From assembly GCA_043228905.1 (NCBI GenBank), contig JBHGNT010000021.1, positions 10,230,001 through 10,294,000 on the forward strand: DNA of 64,000 nt, given 5' to 3'. A model generated the notes under the pieces. The model saw only the letters and a list, made by a program, of their open reading frames with translations, searched no databases and was not told where the DNA came from. Source of the stretch: Azolla caroliniana (lineage: Eukaryota > Plantae > Polypodiophyta). Positions 1-12,997 of the stretch are shown in pieces. The position numbers and the translations under genes were made by a program. The number at the start of each line of letters is the position of its first letter. The stretch's first letter is position 1.

Positions 1-2
1 TT

Positions 3-1313
3 CCAGATTTACCAAATGTTAAACAGAAAATTTTTCATGAATGTCATGATGCACCATCTGCTGGTCATCCTGGAATACAACGCACACTCGTTCTCATCTC
101 GTGTACTTTTTTCTGGCCTAAGATGCGCTCTGACGTGCATAAATACGTAACTCAATGCTTACAATGTCAGATTAATAAGTCGGAACGACTTAAAGCTGCT
201 GGTCTTTTACATCCCTTAGATATTCCCAACAATAAATGGGAAAGTATCTCGATGGATTTTATTGTTAGTTTACCTCGTACACAGAGGGGTCATGATGCCA
301 TATGGGTTGTCGTTGACAGGCTAACAAAATTAGCTAGATTTATTCCTACAAAAACCACGGTAACCGCTCAACAGTTGGCTTATCAATTTGTTGATGAGTT
401 ATTTCGTTTTTATGGATTACCGATGGATATTGTTAGTGATCGAGATTCCAAGTTTACTAGTGACTTTTGGACTCAGGTCTTTAAGAAATTAGAAACTACG
501 TTGAGCATGAGTTCCGCAGATCATCCTCAGTCTGATGGACAAACTGAACGAGTTAATCAAATTATTGAGGACATGCTTCGAGCTTATGTAGCAAAAACCC
601 CTTCTAAGTGGGAGCAATACCTTCCTATCTTAGAATTTGCCTATAATAGCTCTAAACATACATCCACTGGATATAGTCCTTTTATGTTGATGTATGGTTT
701 TCAGCCACGTGCCCCAGTTGATGTCACGATTCATCGTGATACATTAGACAGTACACGCAATTTTTTGCAAGACATGAACCAAATGTTGCATATTGCCAAA
801 GAAAATGTCAAGACAACTCAAGATCGTGCTCGATTTTATGCTGATCAGGATAGACGCCCTCGTGCATTTACTATTGGTCAAAAAGTTTTTTTGCGTGTCC
901 CGACTGATTCTACGTCATTATCTACGGGCAAGTGCGCTAAGTTAGCCCCACGATATTGTGGCCCATTTGAAATCCTTAAGCGAGTTGGGTCATCTGCTTA
1001 TCACCTTGCCTTACCTCGTAACGTTGGTATTCATCCTGTTTTTCACGTCAGTCGTCTAAAACCATTTTTAGGCTCTGGTGATAACACCATCACGATCCAA
1101 GATCTTGTAACATTAGAGGATTTTTCTTACAAACCTCATGTTCCTGAACGAATTCTTGATTCTCGTACTAAACGTTTACGTTCTAAAGAGATTCGGCTAT
1201 TCAAGATCAAATGGATGGATAAACCTATTGATGATGCCACATGGGAACGCGAGCATTCGCTTAAGGCACAATTTCCTCACTTTATATTGCAAGAGTGCAA
1301 TCTTTTGAAGTAG
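3..1313 (+). CDS. Ty3/gypsy chromovirus pol C-terminus: integrase plus chromodomain (5'-partial, frame open from window edge)
   Basis: HHCC zinc finger (HDAPSAGH...CLQC), core ISMDF / IVSDRD / DGQTERVN, GPF motif (RYCGPF), then chromodomain PERILDSR...KIKW...DATWE; no internal stops. Confidence 0.95.
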   Translation, partial: PDLPNVKQKIFHECHDAPSAGHPGIQRTLVLISCTFFWPKMRSDVHKYVTQCLQCQINKSERLKAAGLLHPLDIPNNKWESISMDFIVSLPRTQRGHDAIWVVVDRLTKLARFIPTKTTVTAQQLAYQFVDELFRFYGLPMDIVSDRDSKFTSDFWTQVFKKLETTLSMSSADHPQSDGQTERVNQIIEDMLRAYVAKTPSKWEQYLPILEFAYNSSKHTSTGYSPFMLMYGFQPRAPVDVTIHRDTLDSTRNFLQDMNQMLHIAKENVKTTQDRARFYADQDRRPRAFTIGQKVFLRVPTDSTSLSTGKCAKLAPRYCGPFEILKRVGSSAYHLALPRNVGIHPVFHVSRLKPFLGSGDNTITIQDLVTLEDFSYKPHVPERILDSRTKRLRSKEIRLFKIKWMDKPIDDATWEREHSLKAQFPHFILQECNLLK

Positions 1314-1320
1314 GGGAGTA

Positions 1321-1791
1321 TGTTATGTACACATAACGTTGGTGAGGGTAGGTCACTAATATTTACATTAGTGAAGGGTATGTTCACTATTATTAAAAAG
1401 GGGACTAATGATTGGATAGAATGAATGATATGTGCATGCACTATCATGATTTAGACAACCAATGAATAGAGAGCCTTTTAGAAAGGCACATCTATTCAAG
1501 GGGCCTAGGAAAAGGTATAAATATGAGGCTTAGCTACCCTCATAGGGATCACGTCGGAAGGCTGCTGTCGTAGACACCGGTGGTGCGGGCTAGGCTTTCG
1601 TCTCGACGATCGTGTTTATCTCTTCCAAGGTATTAGTCATCCTAATATCCGGCGGTATGGGACGTCGGTGGTAGGTTGGCTATGTCTAGATCATAGCTCG
1701 GGGGTGGTCGGGTGGAACGGGTTCTTCTATCCAATCTATTTTCTTCCTTTTTACTTGATTTGGTCTATTGATTAGTAATAGACTCTTAACA
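1321..1791 (+). mobile_element. 3' LTR of the chromovirus
   Basis: Follows PPT-like TAGGGGAGTA (1311-1320); termini TGTTA...TAACA; TATAAATA near 1516. Confidence 0.85.
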
Positions 1792-1959
1792 CCACCGGGA
1801 GCGACATAGCCATGCCTCTATCCATGTCTTCTACTGTGTCTGTTTTCAACCTGTTAGGGTTTTCTTCACAAGAGTAAATGTCTGCAGCAGAGGTTCTCAA
1901 CCCTCGCGCTCTGATACCATGAAAACGTAAGTGTTTGCGGAAGCGTAAAACAGAGAACA

Positions 1960-2006
<47 letters not shown>

Positions 2007-2333
2007 AGAACACAAGTTCGAAATTATATCAAGACTACGTACGCACACTGTGCTAAGTAGCACTATTTATACAAGTCCTCTTGGGACTGACAGAAGTACC
2101 ATGTACTTCAATGCTCACACGAGCATCTGACACTTACTACGAGACTATAGCTACCTAGTAGTCTATCCTATACTAGGCTTCCGATTGGACTCCCGTTTAC
2201 GGATTGCACCGGCCTCCACTGCTTGCCGGTTCGGTTGCTCATCGTAATACCGATCCGTTTCGCCCGATCCGTCTCGCTTACCGACTCCGGCTTATTCAGC
2301 CGATCCGGCTCCGGTTGAGCTTGCCGCTCAACA
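1792..2333 (-). mobile_element. 5' end of a Ty1/copia element (LTR 1920-2333, tRNA-iMet PBS, gag start) interrupted by the chromovirus
   Basis: PBS TGGTATCAGAGC on minus (1908-1919); LTR and gag start MDRGMA.. resemble the copia at 57430-63214. Confidence 0.85.
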
Positions 2334-2650
2334 AAGATACAACTCCGGCTTCGAGCCAGACTGAGGTAGGTTAGGTCACAACAACAATATGCTGCCAAGC
2401 CGCCGATCGGGGAGCTCTCAAGCTCGTTGCGCCGAGCGGGGTCTTGCATAGGAGACCGAGGAGAAGCAAACTCCACAAGACATACAAGCTCTTCACCAGA
2501 CTAAAACCTAAACAGACACGAAGAAGAAGAGCTCAAAGAACTCTAAAGTAAGAAGAAGAAGAGCTCAAAGAACTCTAAAGTAAGAAGAAGAAGAACTAAC
2601 ACACCTTCGACCTAAGTGGTATACCCTCCTAACTCAAAATGGGCAACCCT
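2334..2650 (-). mobile_element. R-U5 fragment of a Trp-primed gypsy LTR (family of solo LTR 27459)
   Basis: Matches reverse complement of ~27690-27900 (CCGGCTTCGAGCC; GGGGAGCTCTC..GCGCCGAGCGGGGTCTTGCA; CAAAATGGGCAACCCT); contains a 32-bp tandem duplication at ~2521-2590. Confidence 0.75.
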
Positions 2651-3966
2651 CCTAACTTCGACAGGAGCTAAACAAAGTGCAACAGAGGGACATGTCGATC
2701 ACCGGCTATATCTTGAAAATGAAGGAGCTGTGCAATACCCTCAGTTCGATTAATGTCATCATCGACAATGAAGAAATGGTGCAAAAGATGCCTCGACAAC
2801 TTGGCACCTCAATTCGGCACGATCAGATTGGCCATTCTTGCGAGGGAGAAACCTCCCTCCTTTTTCGACCTTCTATCGATTCTGTTGGTTGAAGAAAATC
2901 ACGTTCAACAAAGGAACAATGCGCTTGATGGTCAGATGCTCTACTCATAGTCGGATGATAGAAGAGGAGTCAGTCGTGGACATAGAGGTCGGTTCAAATG
3001 AGGCCGACATGGTCGTCCGACCCAAGACCGTTACTTCCACCAATGGCAAGAGGATAGAAACAGTCCCAGAGAGTTTGGCAGCAGGGGGAGCCAGCCCGCT
3101 AGACCGAGCAATTGTAACAACCCGATTGAATGCGGGTACTATGGAAAATAAGGCCACTATGAAGAGGAGTGCCAGAAAAAAGATATGAGACTCGACTTCG
3201 ACTAGCCGACAACTCACAAACTACACTTTGAATTCCGACTACGACGATCGTGGCGGGATGTTCGTAATGAGGCATGAAGCACATTCGATGTCGGCACAGG
3301 CCCCAACTAGCACCTCTTCTTCATATAACATATGGTTTGTGGACTCGGGAGCATCCAATCACATGATGTCCCATGAAGATTGGTTCCGAGAATTATGAAA
3401 GCCCGATCGACCCGGCTATTTCGAAACAGAAGATGATACGACTCACCCAATTCAGCATGTCGGAAATGTTCCATTCGGAAATGACAACAAACAAACCTAC
3501 CTCAAGAACGACTATCATGTCCCAAACATCACAAAAAACCTGGTCTCGGTTGGCCAGATTGTCGAACAAGGTATGCAAGTACGATTCAACAATGAAGGGT
3601 GCTTCATCGAAAATGACGATCAAATTATAGTGCACAGTCGCCGAGAATGCCGAATGTTCATCCTCGAATTAGAGGAGGTGAAATCGGCTATGTTCGCAAA
3701 AGGCCTCAAAGTCAAAATAGACTTGAAACTATGGCACACGAGAATAAGCCACATCAATCTTCAAAAGCTCCAGAACATGCAGTCAAAAGGAGTCGTAATT
3801 GGACTCCTGATATTTACTGAGAAGTAGATTACAGGTGTATGCGAGGCATGCTAGTTCAGAAAACAACGCCAACATCCATTCCCGAAAGAGAGGAATGTGA
3901 GCAAAGGGACCCTAGATGTAGTACATTCAGATATGTGGGGACTAGCCCCAACGGCAATATTCGGTG
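2651..3966 (+). pseudogene. Degenerate Ty1/copia gag-protease-GAG-pre-integrase fragment
   Basis: QQRDMSITGYILKMKELC, zinc-knuckle remnant, WFVDSGASNHM, LWHTRISHIN, VVHSDMWG; stops and frameshifts. Confidence 0.85.
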
Positions 3967-4134
3967 TGTTGAGATTCAAACTCAACTTCCCATAGAGATA
4001 GGTTTCACACTAGCTCATGGACACACCAGGCTAGTTTTTTAAATAGTTGAAAGGGAACTTGCCCTAGCCTAGTTGGTATTTAAACCAACCCTTTGTAACT
4101 TAGTGGTTGTTGGAGTAATATACAATTTCATATT

Positions 4135-4193
<59 letters not shown>

Positions 4194-5675
4194 TGTCTTA
4201 CGTGCACACACACACACACACACAACCATCTTCCGCTGCACTAAATCTCTCTCGATTCTTTACATGGTATTAGAGCGTGTGGTTATCTGATCAAACTCGC
4301 TCAACTATGCCATGATCACAACACCGACGATCGACTACCCAACTTGGGAGCAATCCATGAGCCGTGTGTTGTACTGCCTTGCATCATGCGTTCAGGATCA
4401 CATCCTCAACTACATTCGATAGTCGAAAACGCCGAAAGAGGCGTGGGGCAATCGCAAGAAGATTTTCAAAACCAACATGACTGCACGTAAGCCCCAACTC
4501 CGATAGGAGCTAAATAGTATTCAACAGAGGGACATGTCAATTTGCACCTACACCTTGAAGATGAGGGAGCTGTGCGATGCCCTTGGGTTAATTAATGTCA
4601 TCATCAACGATCATGAAATGGTGCAAATATGCCTCGGAGGCTTGGCACCTCGATTCAGCGCAATAAGGTCGACTATTCTCGTGAGAGAAAATCCTCCCTC
4701 CTACTTCGATCTCTAGTCGATATTGTTGGTCGAAGAAAACCATGTTTGACAAAGGAACAACTCACATGATGGTCAGATGCTCTAGTCGAACCTCGATGGA
4801 GGAAAAGGACAAGGTCGAGGAAATAGAGGCCAATTTGGACGAGGCCAACACAACCAAGAGCAACCCCGTGAAAACAACTTCTACTACCGACAAGACGCGT
4901 CAAACATGCGAGGCGAAGCGTCAAGAAGAAGAGGGAGCCATCTTGCCAGACCAAGCAATCATAACAGCCCGATTGAATGCGGGTACTGCGGAAAACTCGG
5001 TCACAACGAAGAGGAGTGCCGAAAGAAGAAGCGAGACTCTGCTTCGACCAGTCGACAACTCACGAACTACGCATCAAATTCCGACTACAACGATCGTAGC
5101 GGAATGTTCATGATGAGGCACAAAGCGCACTCAATGGCGACACAAGGTGAAACAAGCACCACGCCCTCAGATAATGTATGGTTTGTTAACTCCGGAGCAT
5201 CCAATCATATGACATCTCATGAAGATTGGTTCCGAGAATTCCGAAAGCCCGAATGGTCCAGATATGTTGAAATAGGCGATGACACGACTCACTTAATACG
5301 GCATATCGGGAACCTCCCATTCGGAAACGACGACAAACAAACCTACCTCAAAAATGTCCTGCATATCCCAACCATCACGAAAAACCTGGTCTCGATCGGC
5401 TAGATTGTCGAACAAGGCATGCAAGTATGATTCAACATTGATGGATGCTTCATTGAAAAAGACGATCGAGTCATAGCTCACGACTGTCGAGAAGGCTTAA
5501 TGTTTATCCTTGAATCGAGCGAGGTGAAGTTCGCTATATTTGCTAATGGCATCGAAGGAGAAACTGTCTTGAAACTATGGCACAAGTGAATTGGCCACAT
5601 CAATCTCCAGAAGCTCCAGAGCATGCAATCAAAAGGAGTCATAATCAAACTCATGAACTTTACCAAGAAGGAGAT

Positions 5676-8600
5676 TGATTATGACTCCTGAACTTTATCA
5701 AGGTTTGGTGAAGCCCCCATATTGGTGAAACCGATTAGATGGAGTTATGAATCATAATATATTATATAGATCAAGGTATCTACGAATTAGAGAGAATGAC
5801 TCAAGAAATTAAGAAAAAAGATTGAGAAGATGAGCAAGAAATAAGAATGTTCTCATATTCCACTATCAAGAGAATACAAAGGAGATAAACTCCACTAAAA
5901 CCAAGTGACCTTCCTCTTCTATGACACTTCCTCTTCCACTAAGACACCTCTTCCTAAGACTCCTCCTCCACTCTTACGATCCTCCTCCACTCTTCCTAAG
6001 ACTCCTCATCCACTCTTAGGATCCCCTCTCCATTAGTTCCTCCGTCTAAGACTATCACTTTCTCTTTCATAATTTTCTTCTTCTTCCTCGTTCACGCTAT
6101 TTTTAGAAGCTTTTTATCTCCTAATTTTAGCTAAGACCCAACGACCTTCTAATCGTCATATCGCCCTCCTCAGAGCTCGAATTTAGTGATTTAAAATGCT
6201 ATAGATAGCTCTCTTTACAAGCTTTCTAACATAATATTTGGGTGAAAAACGAAGGAGTTATGACCATTCCTTTCTTACTGTTTTTCATGGTCCGTTTTTC
6301 TCATTTTACTTTTCTCTTGGTCTCTTACTTTTACTTTTGACTTTTTCCTAAGGTCTTGGTTCGTGTTCTTAGCCTCCAAATGTGAATTATCCATACTTTA
6401 TATCCATCTAGTGTTCAATGGTTTGAATTCAAAAAACACTTTCACATTTAGCACTCCCCCTTGCTTGTTGAGCGAACCATTTATGGTGAGCCGAAGATAA
6501 AAAGAATAAAAAAAACTCCTTCGCCTTATGGTAGGCTATAGACAAAGAAGGAGAGAAGAAAAAGAAACAAACTATGTGAGTAAAACCCCCGCTAGTCGGT
6601 AGGAAAAACCTCACACTCCTAGACACACCCACACACACATTGACAATTCCATCAACATCTTTCTCCTTGTCAACACAAAGAAAGATGTTACCACAATCAT
6701 TATGTCTTCGTAACTCTCCAAAGACTAGTAGGGCCATGGGATACATCACTCTTGATAGCAGTAAGCATGTCAACATATAAATGAATCTTTCGAGCGAGCG
6801 CACCTTTTGCACAAATACCTTCAAAGCTTCAAGACTTGTCGGAATTGTCATCTTTTTAATTATGTTAATATTTGAATCATCCACATGAAATCCTTCTTGG
6901 CACAACATATTGTCCACACTACCTTGTTTTGTATAAACAACCATTTTATCGACAATCTCATCTCGGGAAGGAAGTGAAAATTCATCTCGTTTGATCGAAT
7001 TGCTCATGGGTTTGAAATCGATCTCATTCTTCGTGGGAACCAAAGCCATAGATGGGACACTCTTTAGATCCTCCATCTTATAATTGAAACATTCTTGCAA
7101 GCATGCTTTGAACTCTTGTATAAGTTCCCCTTCAACACCCAATTGCCGAAGCGTTGGGAAAATTGGTACACGTTCCTTCAAGTTGATGTGGGATTTGTTG
7201 CAAGCTTCTCCTCTTATTTTGAAACATTCAATGACCACATCCTCCTCTATGCATGTGCAATTCACCACTTTGCCATCTGCTACAACCACACTTGCTAAAG
7301 ATGAGCTACTAATAGGAATTCCCACTTTGTTAACCACCAATTCAGAAATCAAGCTTACTCTAGCATCACTATCAACCAAGGCATCTTTAAAGTTAAACCC
7401 CTCGATGGAAATGGGGTTGGTGGGTCGTATGTCCTTTCGATCTTCTACTCGCACAATCCCCACATAATGCACAGTTTTTTGACTTTGGCAAATACTTGCA
7501 AGCCACCCCCACTCCTTTTGTAATTTCGGAGATAATTGGAGAAGTTGTGGCCATGTTATTCTTGGTCCACTTGATATCAACTCATGCTTCAAATTGGAAG
7601 CTTCTACACCTTCTCCCATAGAAATATCCTCCATCTTTATCTTCCTTTTAGAGCGTCTCCTTCTCAATTTCTCCTTTTTCTCATTCTCTCTCAACTTCTT
7701 TTTGTGTCGTGATGCACTAGATTCTCCATCCACTTCTTTCTCCTTTTGAGAGGCTCTTGTCCTTTCCATTGGAGCTACTTCACAAACATCATCACTATCA
7801 TCAATAAAATTAAGAAGATTCACATTATGAGGAATTGTAGGAATCTGAGTCATTGGAAGTGTTATGGATTCGCCTCCTTCGACTCCATTGTTGATAGGTC
7901 GTTGTCCATTCCATTGCACTTCATACATGTCTCTTTCCATACCTCTTTGTTGTCAATGAGGACATCTTGTGGAGATGTGTCCCTCCTCTTGACAAGAATA
8001 ACAAATTACACCTTGATGCCCTCTAGAGCCACCACCATCGGGAATAGTGTTGCGAATTGCTTGGGATTGTTGCAAGTGGGCCGTCACTTCATCAAAGCGC
8101 TGATTCACCAATGCCATTGTATCTTGTTCACTCTTCACTTGTTCCACTTCTTGGGATATACTTGTTGGGTTTATTGTTGTGGTGGTATACACATTTGGAA
8201 ACACTTGTCCACCATGCACAATTGAAGATGAGGCTTGAAAGTTGGCACGAGGCATCAAATTTGCACCCAAAGCTGACATTTGGGGATCCCCCATGGAACT
8301 CATCATCTTCACTCGTCGATCATAATCTTGACAAACTTGGAGAAGAGCTTGAAAAGTTGTTGGATCCTTCAAGCTTGCCTCCAAACGGAAATGCATATCA
8401 AGGCCCACCTTAAATTGTTCTATCTTAAACCACTCGTCTTCGGTGCCACCACGAAGACGAATCCACGTTGTCCACCATTCTTGGAAATTTCTTTCATACT
8501 CTAAAAAACCAAAAGGTGATTCCATCTTTAGTTGAAAAAGCTCCTCCCTTACCTCAGTTGCACTTTGCCATTGAATATATCTTGTACGAAATTGATGCAC

Positions 8601-9274
8601 CAACAATTGATATTCTCCTTGTTCATTTTGCGGAAGAGAGTCATACCAATCTTGAGCACGACCATAGAATGTAGCTACCAACAAGGGCAACTTTTCGTTG
8701 TCGGTGATGCGTCCAATAGAGATGGCATGATGCTCAAAGCATGCCAAAAAGGCACCAACATCTTGTGTTCTTTCACCCGAAAATGCAAATTGCATAGCTA
8801 AGTTAATGTAATATAGTAACACAATTAAATGATAACTTCTCCTCCTATACGGAAAGGATCAGCCCTCCCTGGAGCGCCAAAATGATAGGGTGTTTAAGAC
8901 AGATGATAGTCGTACACAATATGAGGGCTTGACCAAAACGGTTAGATGGAGTTTTGACTCATAATATATTATATAGATCAAGAGAGATTCAAGAAATTAA
9001 GAAAAAAAGATAGAGAAGATGAGAAAGAGATAATATTGTTATGATATTCCATCATCAAGACAATACAAAGGAGATAAACTCCACATTCAACTAAGAAACC
9101 AAAGACCTTCTTACTACCAAGCACTCAAAAACCACAACTAAGACCCTTCCTCTTTCACTAACTTTTGACTTCTTCCTAAGGTCTTGGTTCGTGTTCTTAG
9201 CCTCCAAATGTGAGTTATCCATACTTTATAGTCTTCTAATGTTCAATGGCTTAGATTCTAAAAACACTTTCACA
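5676..9274 (-). mobile_element. Non-chromovirus Ty3/gypsy deletion derivative (LTRs ~5676-6446 and 8883-9274; tRNA-Arg-like PBS)
   Basis: Both LTRs end CACTTTCACA on plus; PPT AAGGGGGAG(TGCTAAA) at ~6447-6465; PBS TGGCGCTCCAGGGAGGG at ~8863-8879; LTRs only partly alignable. Confidence 0.75.
6700..8822 (-). pseudogene. gag (capsid + CCHC) - protease - truncated RT remnants
   Basis: FYGRAQDWYDSL, CYSCQEEGHISTRC, one in-frame TGA at 7953-7955, ALVDSDARVSLI protease, RT fragments DEFSLPSRDEIVDKM and PTSLEALKVF; no RNase H or integrase. Confidence 0.8.
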
Positions 9275-10574
9275 GTATGCACCAAAGACAACTTCGACTC
9301 TGATTCCGCTCGACCCGGAATTCACTGAAATAGAGATAGAAGACGAAGATCAGTTCACGCACATATTCGAAGAAAGCCCCGATTATGACAAGGTTTAGTG
9401 GGCCTCAAGAGCCTCCGAGCGATCAAAGCACATCTCAGCCATGTCCGAAGCTAGACAAAGGGAAGGCGAAAATGCCGGAGTATGAAGACGATCACTTTGA
9501 CGACAACGAATCAACTCACTCCCTCGATAGTGAGTTCGAAGGCCTTGACATCTGGACAAATGGAGCGAAGAAAGCCTTAGTATCCGCAAACGAGAAGCTC
9601 CACCGAACCACTTGTGAAAAGAACCTTAAGCCGATTCGGCTACAATGATTATATGGCATACCATTACGTCTTTATGATGAAGGTAGCGACAGTACGGGAG
9701 CCGGAAACGTTTTCCGAAGCCACGAAGGACCCCAGATGGTTGATGTGATGAATCAAGAAATGCAAGCCTTATGCAAAAACGAGACATGGGATCTAGTTCC
9801 TGAGTTTCCACACAAGAAAGCGATTAGATGCAGATGGATTTACAAAGTGAAACACAATGCCGACGGCTCTGTAAATTGCTCCAAAGCACGACTACTTGTC
9901 TTCTTGGCTTATGGGGATAGTTCATTGCAATATGCCCTGGTCCACTGCAATAAAGACAGACGATTTGCTCGGTGTTGCTGCTTTTCTTCTTCCGATAATG
10001 GTCCGTGACGACGTGTAGTGTCAATTTCCATCGAAGTTCGAGTATTCACTAGAGATGCATTATATGACTCCCTTGGAAAAGTTTTTGCTACCCACTGAGG
10101 CGTAGGTGGGCATTCGAAAAGACTGTTGTTGCACTCACCGTGCGACTGATTACTTCTGTCAATGACTTTGGTTCTTTGGGGAAGGTCTAGAGTAAATCCT
10201 TGACATCGTTACATAGACCATAACGAAATTGCTCCATTAGTGCTTGGTCATCCCAGGGGATATCGGAGGCAAGTAGGCGGAAATCTGCAGCGTATGCTGA
10301 GGCTAGATGATCACCATGACGAAATCGTCAGATTTTGTTGATTGCTGTCCTTATTCTGTCAGTATCTCCAAAACAGGCTTTAAACTCACTTAAAAACTCT
10401 TCAAAATTGTTTAATAAAGAAGATTCCTTTTCTGACAACGGAGCGAATCATGCCAAAGTTGAGCCACAACGTGCCTACTAAACCCACTTGTGATACATCG
10501 GTAGGATATGGGGAAGGATTCATTTGAATGACTAATCGTACCTGATTAAGGAATCCTCTAAACTACGATCGCGA

Positions 10575-12170
10575 TGTTGCGCAAATACGACAAGGACACG
10601 TGAACTTGAGGCAGGACCCGGGGGCCTTCGACTAGAGGATATCAAATTCGTGCATTTTTGTATTAAGAATTAACTGATATGACAAAGTTTGATAAATTTT
10701 ATTAGTAACGAAAGAGAAAAATTACAATCTATCTTGAGGTTGGGATTATAAAAGTTAAGGAATTATGAGGCTTCGATAAGAAAAAAAAATAGGGTTAGGG
10801 TTTTCCAAGCTATGGCTTAGATAAGAAATTTAGGGCTTTTGAGAGATATAACTTTCGTATGGAAAATTAGGGTTATACGAGAGATATGGCTTTGATCCGA
10901 AAATTAGGGTTTTTGGATTCGATAGGAAATTTAGGGTTTTTGGATTCGATAGGAAATTTAGGGTTTTTGGATTCTATAGGAAATTTAGGGTGTTTTGGAT
11001 TCGATAGGAAATTTAGGGTTTTTGGATTTTATAGGAAATTTAGGGTTTTTGGATTCGATAGGAAAATTAGGGTTTTTTGATTCTATAGGAAATTTAGGGT
11101 TTTTGGATTCGATAGGAAATTTAGGGTTTTTGGATTCGATAAGAAATTTAGGGTTTTTGGGTGATATCTTTCATTGATGGATGGTCCCCCTAAGAAAATT
11201 AGGATTCCTAGTTTTGTTCCCGCTAATACACTTGCATGAAGGAACTTCAGTTTGCATCTCCAATTCCATTGCATGCATCCCACATGGCGTTTAGTTTAGT
11301 TGCATGGCCTCCACCTTTCTTTTGCATGCCTTCCACATGACCTTTACTTTATGCATGGCCTCCAACTTCAGTTACATAAGTCCACATCGCCTTCACTTCA
11401 CTTCATTTTACTTTACTTTACTTTACTTCACCGCATGATCCTATCATCCGTCCATCTCGATCGTCGCCCATCCGATCTGTTCGGTCCATGCTTGATTGGT
11501 TTCGTCGTTGGTCCCGTCGTTGGTTCCGTTCGGTTGCCAACTCCGTCCGGTTGCCGGTTGCCGGTTGCCGACTCCATCTGGTCGCCAATTCCCGGCCTCG
11601 TTGCCGGTTCTATCTGGTTGCCGGGTCCATCCGGTCACTAGTTCCTAGCTTCATTGTTAGTTCCGCCGGTTGCTAGCTTCGTCCGATTCCCGATTGCTGG
11701 CTTCATCCGATTCCTGGTTGCCAGATCCAACCGGTCGTCAGTCCCGGTCATCGATTGCCGGGTCCATCCGGTCTCCAGTTGCCATCTCCATCCAATTTCC
11801 GGTTGCCAGCTCCATCCGGTTTCTGATTGTCGGTTCCTTAGCCACATTTGTCCATGTAGACAAATTGGTCCAAGTCCAACCATTCCTTTTGTGCTCTCAA
11901 CACATAGATAAGAACTATTGGTTTTCAATCTGGTTATATAGCTTGATGCTAAAGTTTCCTATCTATGTGGGATATCTTAAAATTTTAGTATTTCCTCATC
12001 CTCTTAAGCTTTATAGTTACATAACTTAATATGTAGCTATCCATTTTATATGTAGTAAAATGCATTCGAAAACTCTTGGAGGCGTTCATCTTTCTATAAC
12101 AAGCCACTAAGCTAATATAAAATAATTATTTCATTATTTTTTTACATAGTGTGTGAAGAATCACACGACA
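10575..12170 (-). mobile_element. ~1.6 kb solo LTR with Trp-gypsy-type termini
   Basis: TGTCGTG start and GCGCAACA end on minus; interrupts gag; flanks GCGA / ACGT (no clean TSD). Confidence 0.65.
10861..11160. repeat. 27-bp tandem array GGAAATTTAGGGTTTTTGGATTCGATA (~10 copies) containing the plant telomere heptamer
   Basis: Direct inspection; 9-aa periodicity LGFLDSIGN in the ORF track. Confidence 0.95.
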
Positions 12171-12694
12171 ACGTTCCATCGAATTTCATGGGAAGATCGA
12201 TCTTGGGTTCTTTATGAATCCCTTGCGTATTACGCCCTTGTTGTTACATCACTACTATGGTTGCTTCAAGCTGTTGCACACGTAATGCTAGTTCCCCATG
12301 TTGTTGTTGCGTCTGCTGCTTCTCTAAGTAGATTACTTGAAGCTCCCCCAACAGTTGTTGATTTTCTTGTTCCAATGCGAGAAACTTCTCTTTCTATAAC
12401 AAGCCACTAAGCTAATATAAAATAATTATTTCATTATTTTTTTACATAGTGTGTGAAGAATCACACGACAACGTTCCATCGAATTTCATGGGAAGGCCGA
12501 TCTTGGGTTCTTTATGAATCCCTTGCGTACTGGGCCCTTGTTGTTGCATCACTACTATGGTTGCTTCGAGCTGTTGCACACGTAATGCTAGTTCCCCATG
12601 TTGTTGTTGCGTCTGATGCTTCTCTAAGCAGATTTGTTGAAGCTCCCCCAACAGTCGTTGATTTTCTTGTTCCAATGCGAGAAACTTCTCTTTC
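12089..12694. repeat. 300-bp tandem duplication spanning the solo-LTR/gag junction
   Basis: Sequence lines 12121/12421, 12181/12481 etc. are near-identical at an exact 300-bp offset. Confidence 0.95.
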
Positions 12695-12945
12695 AAGCAT
12701 TGCAACTCCAAAAGAACGGATTGATATTCTTGAGCGCTAACAATGGCCATAGTATGAGAGAAAAGAGGAATAAGAGATTAGTATTGAGGGAGGGAGAAGT
12801 AAGAAGATAAAGGAAGAGAAGAAAGGAGACCAAAATCGGTTCAAACTGTCAGGAACAGTACTAAGACAAAGAAGGAATTAGTACTAAAAGATGAGGATTA
12901 GTACTAAGGAAGGTGTAGAACTCTCGAGAGAAGGAAAGAGTGAGT

Positions 12946-12997
<52 letters not shown>

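Larger units (their letters stand above)
3967..9897 (+). mobile_element. Degenerate Ty1/copia (LTR 3967-4264, PBS 4265-4276, gag/PR to ~5675, RT start ~9640-9897), interrupted by the gypsy element at 5676-9274
   Basis: TGTTG...TTACA LTR with (CT)n; TGGTATTAGAGC PBS; CGYCGKLGHNEEEC knuckle; WFVNSGASNHM; TWDLVP..AIRCRWIYKVKH; same family as 2651-3966. Confidence 0.8.

Noticed and set aside
6429-6700. Hydrophobic C-terminus suggesting an env-like protein
   Set aside because: T-rich 3' non-coding sequence read through after the RT deletion; runs into the PPT and LTR
10861-11160. CRISPR-like regular repeats (also 53385-53550)
   Set aside because: Head-to-tail units with no unique spacers, no cas genes, eukaryotic context
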